This document shows positions 1 to 13,428 of a stretch of DNA of 64,000 nt, piece after piece. Location of the stretch: assembly GCA_964016885.1 (NCBI GenBank), contig OZ024740.1, forward strand, positions 351,354,001 to 351,418,000, given 5' to 3'. Every line of letters begins with the position of its first letter. The stretch's first letter is position 1. This stretch comes from Eledone cirrhosa. Taxonomy: Eukaryota. The notes below the pieces were generated by a model. The model saw nothing but the letters and a program-made list of their open reading frames with translations. It was not told the origin of the DNA and searched no databases. The translations under genes and the position numbers were made by a program.

Positions 1-720
1 ACCTTCCCCTTTCTTAAGTTAACAGGGGAATAGTGGTGGTAGCAATGAAGGAGTGGTGGCGGCGGCGATGGGATAGTGGTAGCAATGATGGATAGAGTGG
101 TGGCGGCGGTGGCGTTGTCGTTACTGAGTTTTGTTGAATGGACTAGTTTTTTTGATATGTAGTATCTATGCGTTTGTGTCGCGTATGTTTAATATATGTG
201 TTGAATAGACTAGTTTTGTTTGATCTGTAGTATCTATGCGTTTGTGTCGCGTATGTTTAATATATGTGTTGACATATTCCCGTAATATTGGAATTCAACA
301 TTTTGTTAAAACTTGAGACAATAATAATAGTAATTATTATTATGATGCTGGGATTGGTGGTGGTGGTGGTGAAATTGCCGTTATCTGGCTGTTATATTTA
401 GTGTACACAGCGGGGTGATGGGGTAGGTGGTGTATCAAGTTTCTGGTGTTGGTGAAATTGCTGTTATTTGGCTGTTCTATATAGTGTAGACAGAGGGGGT
501 TTTCTTCCATTTATAACCATTTTCTTTTTTGAATATAAAATATATAATACAAAATTGAATATTTGAGCGATATAACAATATATTATGGATCCGAAATTTT
601 ATGAGACTTGATTCGGTGGTTTATGCATCATTTGTACTAAGAATTGTTATTTCACAATGGATTTAAATATGTTAAAAATCAAAAACTTACGGGAGTGATT
701 TCATGACCTTATTATTATTC

Positions 721-755
<35 letters not shown>

Positions 756-756
<1 letters not shown>

Positions 757-3700
757 TTTGAGTCTCAGTCATTGATGTTAGTTAACTGGAAAGTTTGTTG
801 AAATAAATATCAAGCCACTACCTGCAGCCTCAGATATTCAGGACGTATCGGAGGGTTCTTGCTGTTCCCAGCAAGCATGCCTTTTGAAGCGTTCCAAAAA
901 GCGTGAAGGGGCCAATTTTCTTTAACCATCCCTGGAAACTTTTTGAGATAGTCCCTAGTGCGCCTATGACAATCGGGATCACTTTGATTTCATGGCAGTT
1001 CCAAATCCGTTTCACCTCCCACTTTAGGTCCTGGTATCGGTTAATTTTCTCCCTCTCCTTCTCTTGCACTCTCGTGTCGAACGGGCAGGCCACATCCACA
1101 ATCAGACACGATCTTTTTTCTTTGTCCACAACCACCAGGTCAGGTCTATTGTGTTCCAGTTTTTTGTCCGTCTGTATCCTAAAATCCCACAGCACCTTCA
1201 CCTGATTGTTCTCCATCACCGCCTCTGGCCTATGCTCATACCATTTCTCAGAATGTGGTAAATTGTTTACTTTGCACAGGTGCCAGTGGATCACCCTGCC
1301 CATCACATCGTGTCTCCAGCCCTTATAGTGGGTCTGGGCTAGGTGTTTACACTCGGACACAATGTGAGCCACAGTCTCCTCTCTCTCTCCACAGATCCTG
1401 CACAGTGGGCTAGCCTCCTCCTTGTAAATATGGTGCTTCAACCACTTCGTTTTGAGGGCCTGCTCCTGCGCAGCCATTAGCATTCCTTCTGTAGCCTTTT
1501 TGAGGTCTCCTCTTCTCAACCAGTTCCATGTCTGTGGATCTCTAAATTCAGTTTTCTCAAAGAAGGTACTATGAAGGGATTTTCCCTTAAGGCTTCTCTT
1601 CCTCCTTGATGTTATTTCCTCCTTGGACATCCCCTGGCCTACTGTCCCCTCCTTCAGTACAGCTCTGAGCATTGGCTCCTTACTATAGGTCACGTATTTG
1701 TGTAGGTTGTTTTTCTCCATCTGAACACAGTCCTCTATGCTGATAAGACCTCTTCCACCCTCAGATCTCCTTAAGTAGATCACTCCTCTTGTGGAACATG
1801 TTGTAGATAGTCAATAGCTTACTAGTCTTCTTATCCATTTCTTTCTGTTCAGCAACATTCCATCTCAGAATTCCGGCACTGTACCTAATAATAGACACAG
1901 CTCGGGAATTTACTGCACTTATGGCATTCCTACTGTTCAGATGTGACTTTAATACGCTCCTTACTCTCCGAATGTATTCAGTTCTTATCAATTCCTTCAT
2001 TTTTTTGTTCTTGATGTCATCAGCCTCCAGAACGCCCAAATACTTGTATCCTTCTTCAGAGTCAATTTCCTTTATCATCTCACCCGTTGGTACCTGGATT
2101 CCGTTACTTCTGCTCAACTTACCCCTCTTCATCACAATGACTCCACACTTACTAATACCAAATTGCATACATATATCATTGGTGAAAATACGTACAGTGT
2201 CAACAAGCACATCCAACTCCTTCTCACTCTTCCCGAAGAGCTTAAGATCGTCCATGAAGAGGAGGTGATTGATGGTAAGCCCTCCCTTTCCCAACCTGTA
2301 TCCTGCTCTCACTTTTCGCAGTACACTGGTCAGGGGCATCAGGGCAAGGACAAACAACAGAGGGGACAGACTATCTCCCTGGAAGATACCTCTCTTGATC
2401 TTCACACTTCCCAAGGATTCTCCAGTTGATGTTAACTCTGTTTCCCAGGACTTCATACTTTTGCCCAACAACTGTCTGATGTTATCTGCCACCCTGAAGA
2501 TCTCCAGGCTTTTGGTGATCCAAGAATGAGGCACCATGTCAAATGCCTTTTTGTAGTCTATCCATCCCATGGCAAGGCCAGTGTGTCTCCTCTTGCAATT
2601 CCTCATTACCATCTTATCAATAAGTAACTGGTCCTTTGTACCACGTGACTTCTTTCGGCATCCTTTCTGTTCGTCCGGTAACAAGTTGTTTGTGTGGAGG
2701 TGATGGTAGATTTCCTCAGACATAATGCTTGTCAACAGTTTCCACATTACGGACAGACATGTGATAGGTCTATAGTTGGTAACATCATTACCCTTGATTC
2801 GGTCTTTCATTATCAGAACTTTGGTACCTTTTGTCAACCACTCTGGTACCTCACCTGACATCAAGCAGTCATTGAACATGGTTGTCAGTTTCGGGTGGAG
2901 GGATGTTATATTTTTAATCCAATACTCCTGCACACCATCTGGGCCTGGTGAGTTCCAGTTGGTTACTTTTTTGGCCTGCCCCTTAATAGTTTCAACTGTG
3001 ATACTCAAATCAGTTTGTTGGTGTGCCTGTTCACTAATCTCCTTCTGTACTGCCTCAATCCACACTGCCTAGTCATTATGTTTAACATCCTGCTCCCATA
3101 TTCCTCTCCAGAATGTTTTAGTTTGTTCCGCCTCAGGGATCAAGTCGTTGGCTCTTTCTTTCCCTTCAAGCTGTCCAAACAGCATCTTCTGGTTGTTGTC
3201 GAACATGCGGTTCTGTCTATACTGACTGACTCTGTTCTCGTATCGCCTGAATTTTGCACTCTTTGCTACAATGCGTTGCTTCAGTTCCTCTATGATAATA
3301 TTTAGCTTTTTCTTCCTAGTTTTGTACTTTATTTCCAGTCTATTTTTAGTGTCTATGTTTTTTAGTGTCCCATTCAGGGACTCAAGCTTTCCAATGTCAT
3401 TTCTCATTTCCCTGATTTGACCACTCAGTCGCTTCTTCCACCACGGCTCTGCTCTTTCTTGTCTGTTGTTTCCTCTCGTTTTTATACCAAGTAGTTTCCT
3501 CACCGTATTTGTTGTTGCTTTGAGGATATTGTTGCACTGGTGAAGGCTCCTCGCCTTAAGGTATGGGATGACTTTGTTTACCTTAGCTGTTGTTTCTTTT
3601 AACTTTTTCCTGTCTACAAATCTTAGGTTCATAGGTCTCCCACTATCATTGTTCAGTTCATCTACCACTAAGTTTAGGATATCAACCAAATCTTGTCCTA

Positions 3701-3968
3701 GCCCATCAGCATTCATCTCCTCAGTGGCCGTATCTCTGTTCCAGGTATTATTTATCTCAGCATTCAGATCATTGTCTGCTTCGGGTGGTTCCTCCGTTCT
3801 CTCGACCTCTTCACCTTCATTTCCCACTGGCTCGTTTGCTTGGCATACTCCACTCTCCATCTCCAAGCTAATCTCTCTGCTCAGTTCCTCCAGTTCCCTG
3901 CTGCTGAGCCAGGGAGCACCTGTTGGGTGAGAGTCTGTCACATGACATTCTAGTCTCCATTTCACCAT
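756..3968 (-). mobile_element. R4/Dong-type non-LTR retrotransposon (RT + C-terminal CCHC knuckle + restriction-like endonuclease), 5'-truncated, disrupted
   Basis: Three ORF pieces (3069-3968, 1761-3065, 830-1783) form one protein. RT motifs: YRPITCL, IDYKKAFD, GIFQGDSLSP, LFMDD. C-terminus: CRICGEREETVAHIVSEC, RHD, RPDLVVVD...IVDVACP. In-frame TAG at 3069-3071 and a frameshift near 1783. The 3' end abuts (TAA)n at 709-755, the known Dong target repeat. Confidence 0.9.
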
Positions 3969-4161
3969 TATTCGAACTGTTTAGGTTCGACATTTAAACA
4001 CTCTTATCGAGGATTGGCGAATGTATGGTTACATAACCACCGGTGAATTCATCGTCTCCGGTGGTTCCGTCACTCCACGTGATTTTTGTGTGGCATTATC
4101 ACGCTGTAGACGAACATAAATAAACAAACAAACAGGCAAAAAAAAAACCAAAATGAATAAG

Positions 4162-4204
<43 letters not shown>

Positions 4205-4563
4205 TTAAATTTTGCCGTCTTGTATCGCTGTCAACTTAATATTTTTTTATTTTTTTATTTTTTTATTTTTTTATTTTTTAATTTTCTAATTTTTTTTTTT
4301 TTTATTTTATTTTTTTTTTTTTTTTACTTTTTTACTTTTTTTTTTTTTTTTTTTTTCTTAATCCTTATTTTTTATGTGACGGTCTATTATGATTATTTAT
4401 TCTTATTTGTGTGTGTGCATATGTATCCTTTTATATGTGAGTACGTATGCATGTGTGTATATATATGTGTGTATGTATGTGTGTGTGTGTATGTATGAAT
4501 GTATGTGTATGTATATATATGTATATATATTTATGTATATATATATATCTATGTGAGTGCATG

Positions 4564-4620
<57 letters not shown>

Positions 4621-5069
4621 TGGTGTATTTATGTATGGATATGTATATATATATATGTATGTGTGTGTATATATTCTCTGTGTATATATCTGTGTATATA
4701 TGCGTGTATATATTCATATATATATATGTATATATGTATATATGTGCGTGTATGTGAGTGTGTGTGCATGTGTGCGTGTGTGTGTGTGTACGTGTGTGTT
4801 GTTATATAATCTTATTTATTATTCTTTCCCCCCTCCTTTTTTATCCTCCAGCCTCACTTTCATATCTGTTATATTTTTGTTTTTCAAATCCACTGTCAAT
4901 AAAGACACGAGAATTTTTTCATTCTGATGAATGAAAGCAATTTAGGTTGCTTTCAAGAAACCACTGGTAAATGAAATAATTATCTTATGTTGTTTATTAC
5001 ATAACTAATAAGCTCTGTAACCTACATAGAGCACTCTTTTTTCTTGCACCTTTCCGACGGAATCACTTC

Positions 5070-5074
<5 letters not shown>

Positions 5075-5109
<35 letters not shown>

Positions 5110-5479
5110 ATATATATATATATTATATATAATATATATATATATATTATATATAATATATATATATATTATATATAATATATATATATATTATATATAA
5201 TATATATATATATTATATATAATATATATATATATTATATATAATATATATATATATTATATATAATATATATATATATTATATATAATATATATATATA
5301 TTATATATAATATATATATATATTATATATAATATATATATATGTTATATATAATATATATATTATATAAAATGTATATATATATTATATATAATATATA
5401 TATAATATATATATATATAATATATAATATATATATATATTATATATAATATATATATATTTTATATATAATATATATA

Positions 5480-5548
<69 letters not shown>
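5075..5548. repeat. AT-only minisatellite (~19-bp unit, ATATAATATATATATATATT-like) grading into (TA)n
   Basis: Periodic unit visible directly in the sequence. Confidence 0.85.
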
Positions 5549-5550
<2 letters not shown>

Positions 5551-6924
5551 ACTAGAAATTGATTGACATATATATATATTTAAAATAAACACATGAAACA
5601 ATCACAGGGGATAATTTGTAAAGTGTGTAACCACTCATAGCTAGGTAGGTAACTAATTAAAGTTTAACTAGATGATATAAAATGCTCGTATTTATTCATT
5701 GGAATCTTTGAGCTTATTCTACGGTGGATATGGCGCATGTCTCGGACATGACTCCCTTAATTTAATTTAATTAAATTAATTTTGGATATATATATATATA
5801 TATATATTATATGATAGAGAGTTTGATATGAATTGAAGAGTTAAATATTCATTTTGCAATATATTATACATTTTTTTACAATGAATTATAAGGTTCGCAA
5901 GAGTGGCTATTTCAGTCACTCTAAGTGAAACATATATTAATATATATAAAGAGAGTTCAATGAGTTCACTCGAATTTTTTTATAATATAACATACTTGGT
6001 GAAACGTTATATTATTATATTATAAAAACAAAACAAAACCCCAAAAACCCCAAAAACATACACACGCACATACACACACATACACACACACATATATATT
6101 TACAACATATATACTCACATCACACGTATATATATAATATATGTATATTCTTAGAAAGAAAGAGAAAAGGCTATGTGTGGGAGAGAAAGAGATCGAGATT
6201 GAAATGAAGTTTTATGTAAAGCAGCCTTGACTCCAGAATATTGCTTACATACAGACATTGGTGTGTGGAGTGGCAAGTTGATAAATCCGGTAAACATGGA
6301 TAGGCTAAAAGGGCTGATACAATATGTTGCAAGCCATGATTTCCTAAAAATGCAATTTTATCATTACTAAGTTATCATCTTTCATTAATTGCATTAACAT
6401 ATGACCACTTATATTTGAATTGTTGGCAACAGATAGTTATCTCTAGGTGTTAATATAACAGTAGTAAACATTTTAACCTCGAAATTTTAAAGTTGAAATA
6501 TATAGAGGTCTTAAGTATAAAGAATGTCTTCGACATTCTTATGAACAGTTAGCCTGTTTATTGCTATGGATAATTTAATGAACGCCATATAGAAAGATGA
6601 AGTTTGATTTTATCTTGGAAAAGAGAATTGGTATTTGTCCCTGTTCTCTGAGGTCTGAATTCAAATCCCGCCGAAGTCAACTTTACCTTTCATCATTTGT
6701 GGCACTGATACCAACCCAGGGGCGATGGATTGGAGTAATTGTTACTATATCGGTAGTATCTGTCCTGGCTCTTTGCGTTCTGAATTGAAATTCCGTCACT
6801 GATAAAAAAAAAAACGATGCCTCTTCTGTCTGAAGTTGCGACTGAAAGATTGTATCAACATCGGGAAAAATCAATTGAAACATAGTTTCATTGATTCTAG
6901 ATATCGTGTACAATATCCAAATAG

Positions 6925-7230
6925 ACAAAGTCGACGTTTCTTTATCTTCTTGCTTTTAGGAGGTTTCCATACAGGCATTCGTTTGGTTTCCACTGCTACA
7001 GCTTCTCATGAAATATTACACGCAGCATTCTTGTGTGGAAATCGTCAAGTCAATGTGCTTGTCATCGAGAAAATGAAGAGCCATAGCTGGTCTTGTGGGA
7101 TCCACGGCATAGAATAGGCAGGCAAGATGGACACTATATCACATAATAATCTCATGCAGGATACTGCCCTGGAGTTATCCAGGGCTGGAAGTTGGCAATG
7201 ATGACAAAGAATTATGAGAAAGAGTCTTGG
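6925..7230 (-). pseudogene. Decayed RTE-X-like LINE fragment
   Basis: Minus-strand translation gives HTRMLRVIF...CLYGNL...KKRRL, resembling YTRMLRAAL...LYGNIP...QRLRF at 38655-39061. Confidence 0.5.
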
Positions 7231-7434
7231 TTGACTTGGGTCGGACAGAAACCCGCCCTTACTAACTAACTACATAATTAATAAACTAACCGATTAATTA
7301 ACTATACTAACTAATTAATAAACTAACTAAATGCACTAAGTAATTAATAAACTGAATACAAACTAATTAACTACAAAAAAGCAACTATCAAACTAACTAA
7401 CTAGCTTACTAACTAATTAACCACTTACCTAATT

Positions 7435-9290
7435 AATTTAGATCAGTCTAAGGCGTTCGATATGGTCGACCATCGATACTTGGAAGCGGTTCTCAAGGCG
7501 GCCGGTTTCGGCCCGTCTTCAGGGGCTGGATTGCCGCAATGCACACCAACATCTGCTCGATGTTCAAGGTGAACGGCTACTTATCAGAGCCGTTCGCAAT
7601 CACGCGTTCCATCCGACGGGGATGGCCTCTCATCTCCATTCTGTACGTACTGACTCTAGAGCCACTACTGCGGAAGTGGAGCTGCTGCAGGGCATCCCGT
7701 TGCAACCGGGACTGCGGAAAGCAGCGTCGGCTTATGCTGAGACGTGACAGTAATGGTGTTGGAAACCTCGAAAATCGGGGCGATCGGTAACTTACTGCAG
7801 GAATACGAAAGGCTCACAGGAGCAAAATTGCACCCGTCGTCGGACGCTGGACGGATGGACCGGTGAAATTGTTCGGGGTTCGGTTCGGTCCGGACCTCCA
7901 GGTGGAGAAAAACTAGAACGAAGTCAACGCCAAGGTATTTGCGCTCACCCAGAAGTAGACAGAGTGCAAACTATCATTGAAAGGTCGAGCGGAGGTGGCG
8001 AACACTTTCATAGCGTCGGTCATCTACTACCGCTTGACTGTCGTGCCTTGTCCCCGTGAACACCTCACCAAGATGGAACGCATGCTCTTCCAGTTCCTTT
8101 GGAAGAAGCAGGCTCCACTGGTGAGGAGATCCGTCTGCTGTCAGCACCCTTCCAACGGCGGGCTGGGAATGCCGTGGCTAATAATGCGCAAGCATGCGCT
8201 GAGGCTACGGCATCTACGGGTATTCCTCACCGACACCCAACCGATGTAGGCACCGTTTGTGAGACAGGCGTTCCCGCAACTTGTCTCGCTGACGGAGCTG
8301 CAGTCCTGGGTCAAGCAGAGACCGAAGAAGATGGGCGCCTGGCACATTGGGTGCGCTCAGGTGCTCACAGTCCTCTGTCAAGCGGGCACGGCAATCAGTG
8401 GAGACTCCACTTCGACATTCTATAGAGGGTTAGTACGTCACAAGGGCGACGACGTGCTCGGAGAGACTACGCGTCGTAGACGACAAACGCACCAGTCTAT
8501 TTGGTAGGACTTTGCGCCCGGGACTTATGGACAACTTCCAGAGGTCCCTGGCCTGGCAGTGCTACCGAGGAGCTCTACCAGTTCGTGACAAGATTTACAG
8601 GCATGGCCGCCCCGGCAGGGATCCTTCCAAGAGGACGTGTACAAGATGCGGGCAGGACATTGAAACCGTCTTGCACGCAATTGTACACTGCCCGGGCGTA
8701 ACCGACCCGTGGAACTACGCAGAACAACTGCTGTCGCGTATGGGACAAATCCAGTTGATTGCCAAGTCCATAGTAAGGATCAAGCCGCCGACTTCTTTCA
8801 AAAACGAAAGAGATGCGGTTTTCCTCTGTACAGTGGCTATGGTGAAAGACGTTATATGGTGGACGAGATTGAGAGGACTGAGGACAGATGCCTTTCTCTC
8901 CGGACAGCAATTCATTCCCTTCTTTAGGTACCACATTAGAAGGAGAATCAGAGTGGAGAGAGAGGCACTGCACCCCAGTAAATTTACTGAAAGGTGGGTG
9001 AATGTGGCAAAAATGACCCGTGTGATTAGGCCTTCGTTGTATATAAACCTGTAGGCTGAAGGAGAGAGCAAAAGGAAGAAAGGAGCACTTGCACAACACG
9101 CTCCTGAAGTTGAGGGTTGTTCTATCTACGGGGTATTAAACAACCCATTTGTGGCGCCTCCCCCCTATTGTGGATTTCGATTGTTATATTTGTTTGTTTC
9201 ATATTTTTACACGATTGTATGTAAAATCCCCGGCATGTGTCCTTGTTTTGTCCCCTTTTGTTGTGCACCCTTGTGGCTAATAAAGAAATA
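7435..9290 (+). mobile_element. L1/Tx1-type LINE, 5'-truncated and decayed (RT C-half + C-terminal Cys/His knuckle)
   Basis: LDQSKAFD-type motif at the 5' end, GGLGMPWL, CTRCGQDIETVLHAIVHC. Colinear with 58067-60000. Many stops and frameshifts. Flanked on both sides by (AACT)n-like repeats (7260-7435, 9295-9560). Confidence 0.88.
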
Positions 9291-9844
9291 TATCTAATTA
9301 ACTAACTAATTAACTAAATGGATAGCTATCTACCTAGCTACCGACCTACCTAATTAACAAATTAACTAACTGACTACTCAATAACTAATTGACTGACAAC
9401 CTACCTACCTACTTAATTAATTAACTAACTAGTTAACTAACTAATTAATTAACAAACTATAGTTAAATCGCTAACTAACAATCTATCTAACTAGCTAACT
9501 ATCTAATCAACTATCTAATTACTAATTAACCTTACTAATTAATCTTACTAATTAACTAACCAACCTCCTTGGTTCGATTTGATGGATCAATGATTCTCTG
9601 ACAGAACCTCAATGGAGTGAGGAAGGGTATAATTGCAAGGGTAGAAGTTGCATTTTTTGTTGTTGAACAGAAGTAATTAATTAGCAATAGCAGTACTAAC
9701 ACAGCCGTATATGGAAGCACATGAAATATGTTTTTGTATAATAAACATATATAAGTCTCGCTGTGAGCATTTTAAGATTGTCACAGCTACCTCAGTACCC
9801 ATATGCGCAGCTTAAAATATTCACGGAGAGATTTATATATGATT

Positions 9845-10156
9845 AGGGTAAAGGGTAAAGTCCCCCCACCCCACCCTTCGGTCACATATGACTAAGGGAT
9901 TTGCACCTAGAAAGTTCCCCTCCGAGGCACAAGTCCGGGCAAGGTTGTTAGTGGAAGACCAGAAGTCGGCCATGCATACCAGTCTCCCCTCTCCACGTCA
10001 CCGATGTTGTCCAAGGGAATGGCCGATACAGCTTGGCACCAGTGACGTCGCAACACATTTCTACAGCAAAGTAAAGTAAAGTGTCTTGCTCAAATATACA
10101 ACGCATCACCCGATTGTAAGCCTGACACTCTAACCATTAAGCCATCCGCCTTCACA
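9845..10156 (-). mobile_element. tRNA-headed SINE with (TTTACCC)n tail
   Basis: Minus strand starts GTGAAGGCGGATGGCTTAATGGTTAGAGTGTC (A-box-like), has a TTGAGCAAGACACTT core related to the 17370 SINE, and ends in a short tandem tail. Confidence 0.6.
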
Positions 10157-10779
10157 TTGATTATTATACGTAAACATATTGTATGTGCTTTCATATATGC
10201 TTTTATAAGTAAGAAATTCTCCATTGGATATAGTGTAATTTTTTATCACGTTTTTGAAGCTCTTGTTATAGCAAAATTAATAAGAAGAACCTGAGACATA
10301 GAGATTGTTGCTTGTCTGATTCATATGAAAGCCTCAGTAGGATATTAATAACTTTAGGTTTTGGAAATGCTGCTTTCAGTTAGTGAGGGGTAATATTTCC
10401 ATTTTCGAACACTAGCTAATGAGGTCGTTGTTTAGTATAAAGGAGTCGAAATCGTGAACACTCTGTTTTTTCGATGTAATTTGAAAGAAGTACAAGGCTC
10501 AGCCGAACTTTTCGGCTGACTATGAATGAGTCATGTTAGAGCCATGAAATCTTGCATGCATTAATTTCAACTTTCCTTATTAATAACTGCATTGTTTCTT
10601 TCCAGAGACTATGTTGAAAAGTAAACCTCATGAAAGTGTCTTGGTCAGCTTATGAGCTTTTCAGCCGACCCTCGTAATTTGTTGCTATTTCTTATAGATC
10701 ATACGACCTATAGGGGGCCCCTGTTTCGGCTCGCAGCTGATATATTATTTTATGTATGCATGTATGTGTGTGTGTTTGG

Positions 10780-10854
<75 letters not shown>

Positions 10855-12271
10855 TCTATATATATCCGTAAGTTCTGATGGAGACGGAGGGGGCCTTTGT
10901 GACGTCTTGGTCATTTCATACCTGGTGGAGGTCTTAACACAGTCCCGATTTTTTCAAGAGAAAAAGAGAGATTGAGGTAAGAGAGTGAGGTAAAGAGAGA
11001 AAGAGGGAGGAAGGAAGAATCGACTCCTTCTCTAGAAAGATACTTTTTATCGACCTCGGCGGGATTTAAGCTCAGAAACCCGGAACGAATACCACGACAA
11101 AGCATTTTATTCGGCGTTCTAACGACTCTGCCAATTTGCCGATTTGATATAAATTATCTTTTTCCGTATGTAACACTCTACTAAGCCTGGAACATTCTGT
11201 TTATTTTTACGACTGTGGGATGTAATTTGAAGGAAGGATTTCGTTGGTATTTTTATCAGATCGTGTTACCAAATAGAGGCTCCTACGTTTGTTCGCAGCT
11301 GATGGAAATGACGCAACATCTTGAGATATTGCTCAACAGATTGTGTCTGTCTGTATGTTTCCACTAGGCATAATCTTTCATAGAATTCAACAGAAGAGTA
11401 AGTAGCATGTCACGTGTCTTTATACTAGGTGTCCGGCTCATATGAACTTTCCTAAAAGTACTATGAGTGTGTTTGACACCAGGGCGTATGTATGTGCGTG
11501 TATGTCTGGTTATATTGTGTGTGTTTGGGAAGGGGGGGATGCTCTGTACGTGTGTCAGTGGGGGATGTGTGTGTGAGAGAATGTCTGATGAGGGAATGTT
11601 TGTGTATGTATCTGGTTATGTTGAGCGTATACATGTGTGTATGTGTGTATGTGGTTGGGGTGGGGGTGGGGGTGACATGTGTATGTGTAAGAGGGAGGAT
11701 GCGTGATGGAGGATATATATAGTGTGTGTGTGTGTGTGGAGAATATGTATATGCGTGTATGCGCACGCGTGTTCGTTTGTGTGCGTATATGGTATGAATA
11801 TGCGAGTGTGGGAGAATGAGATGGACGGGTAAAGTAAAGAGTGATATATGACAGGATAGGAAAGTTTGAAAGAATGATAAAAAAAGAAGGAAATCAACAA
11901 TAAAGTGGTGATTGAACAAATAAATTGAAAGGTAGAAGACGGGGACCCCAGAAAGACAGATGGAAGAATAGAATGAAAGAAAGCAACGAGGGGAAATATA
12001 TTGGAGGAAAGAAAGAGAAAATAAAGAGAAACAGATTAAAAAAGGAGAGAGAGTGGGGGAGTTAGTGAGAGAGAAGAAAGAAAGAAAGTGAGAGAGGGGT
12101 TAGGGTGGGAGAAGAAAGACATTTGAAATGATGTGAAAAGAGAGCCAGAAGATAATCTAAAACAGCAAAACTAAAGAATGAAAAAATAAAAAAATCTCCG
12201 AAAAAGGTAAAGAAAAAAAAAAGCAAAACACTATATTTTCTGATTGGTGTCGTTAAAATATAACGAGAGTT

Positions 12272-12347
<76 letters not shown>

Positions 12348-12507
12348 TGTGGGGGGGGGGTGAATGTAGGAGTCTGAAATTGAAATAGAGTTAAATAGAA
12401 AAAGAGAAAAGGTGAAATAAAAATAAATTGAAGTGAAGAGACTGAAAGTGTGTGTGTGTGTCTCTGTGTGTGTGTGTGCGTGTGTGTGTGTAAGAGAGAG
12501 GGAGAGA

Positions 12508-12542
<35 letters not shown>

Positions 12543-12591
12543 TGAAATAAAAGAGATAAAAGTGCTTGGATGGAGCTGGAAAGAGAGATAG

Positions 12592-12638
<47 letters not shown>

Positions 12639-12780
12639 GAGAGAGAGAGAGAGAGAGTGTGTGTGTAGCGTAAAAAATAAAAAAAAGTAAAATGGACAAA
12701 ATTCTTTACAAGCAATGTGAATTTACTATGTAATCAGTCGGTTAGAATTAGTCGGCAAAATGGACTATATATTATATATG

Positions 12781-12864
<84 letters not shown>

Positions 12865-12918
12865 ACACACACATACACATACACACACATATATATGTAC
12901 ACATATATATATATACAC

Positions 12919-12971
<53 letters not shown>

Positions 12972-13130
12972 CACACACACACACACTTATATATATATAT
13001 ATAGATGCACACATACACACACACATATATATATATGTACACGCACACAGACACACACACAAACACACACATATATATAGATGTACACGTACACACACAT
13101 ATATATATGTATACACACACATATATATGT

Positions 13131-13177
<47 letters not shown>

Positions 13178-13326
13178 CACGCACACAGACATACAAACAC
13201 ACACCCACACATATATACAGGCAGTGTTGACATTCATCTTTTCATTTCACATACACCCCCTCCACGTACACCTCACATAACACTAAGGTCAATAAATCTA
13301 TGCTTGGCACGTCTTATTTTTTCGGT

Positions 13327-13428
<102 letters not shown>

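Noticed and set aside
137-272. 72-bp tandem duplication, and other short periodic repeats, as a CRISPR-like array
   Set aside because: Simple tandem copies without unique spacers, in eukaryotic context.
3069-3071. In-frame TAG and a frameshift near 1783 in the Dong-like element as programmed recoding
   Set aside because: R4/Dong elements have one ORF, so these are most simply inactivating mutations or sequence errors.
4220-4927. Many ORFs rich in YI/CV/HT/poly-L/poly-R, here and throughout the window
   Set aside because: They are translations of (TA)n, (CA)n, (GA)n and trinucleotide microsatellites, not genes.
4918-4960. CTGATGA-at-GAAA-gcaa...ttgc-TT
   Set aside because: No stem II and no convincing stem I. 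At best a degenerate relic, so not counted.
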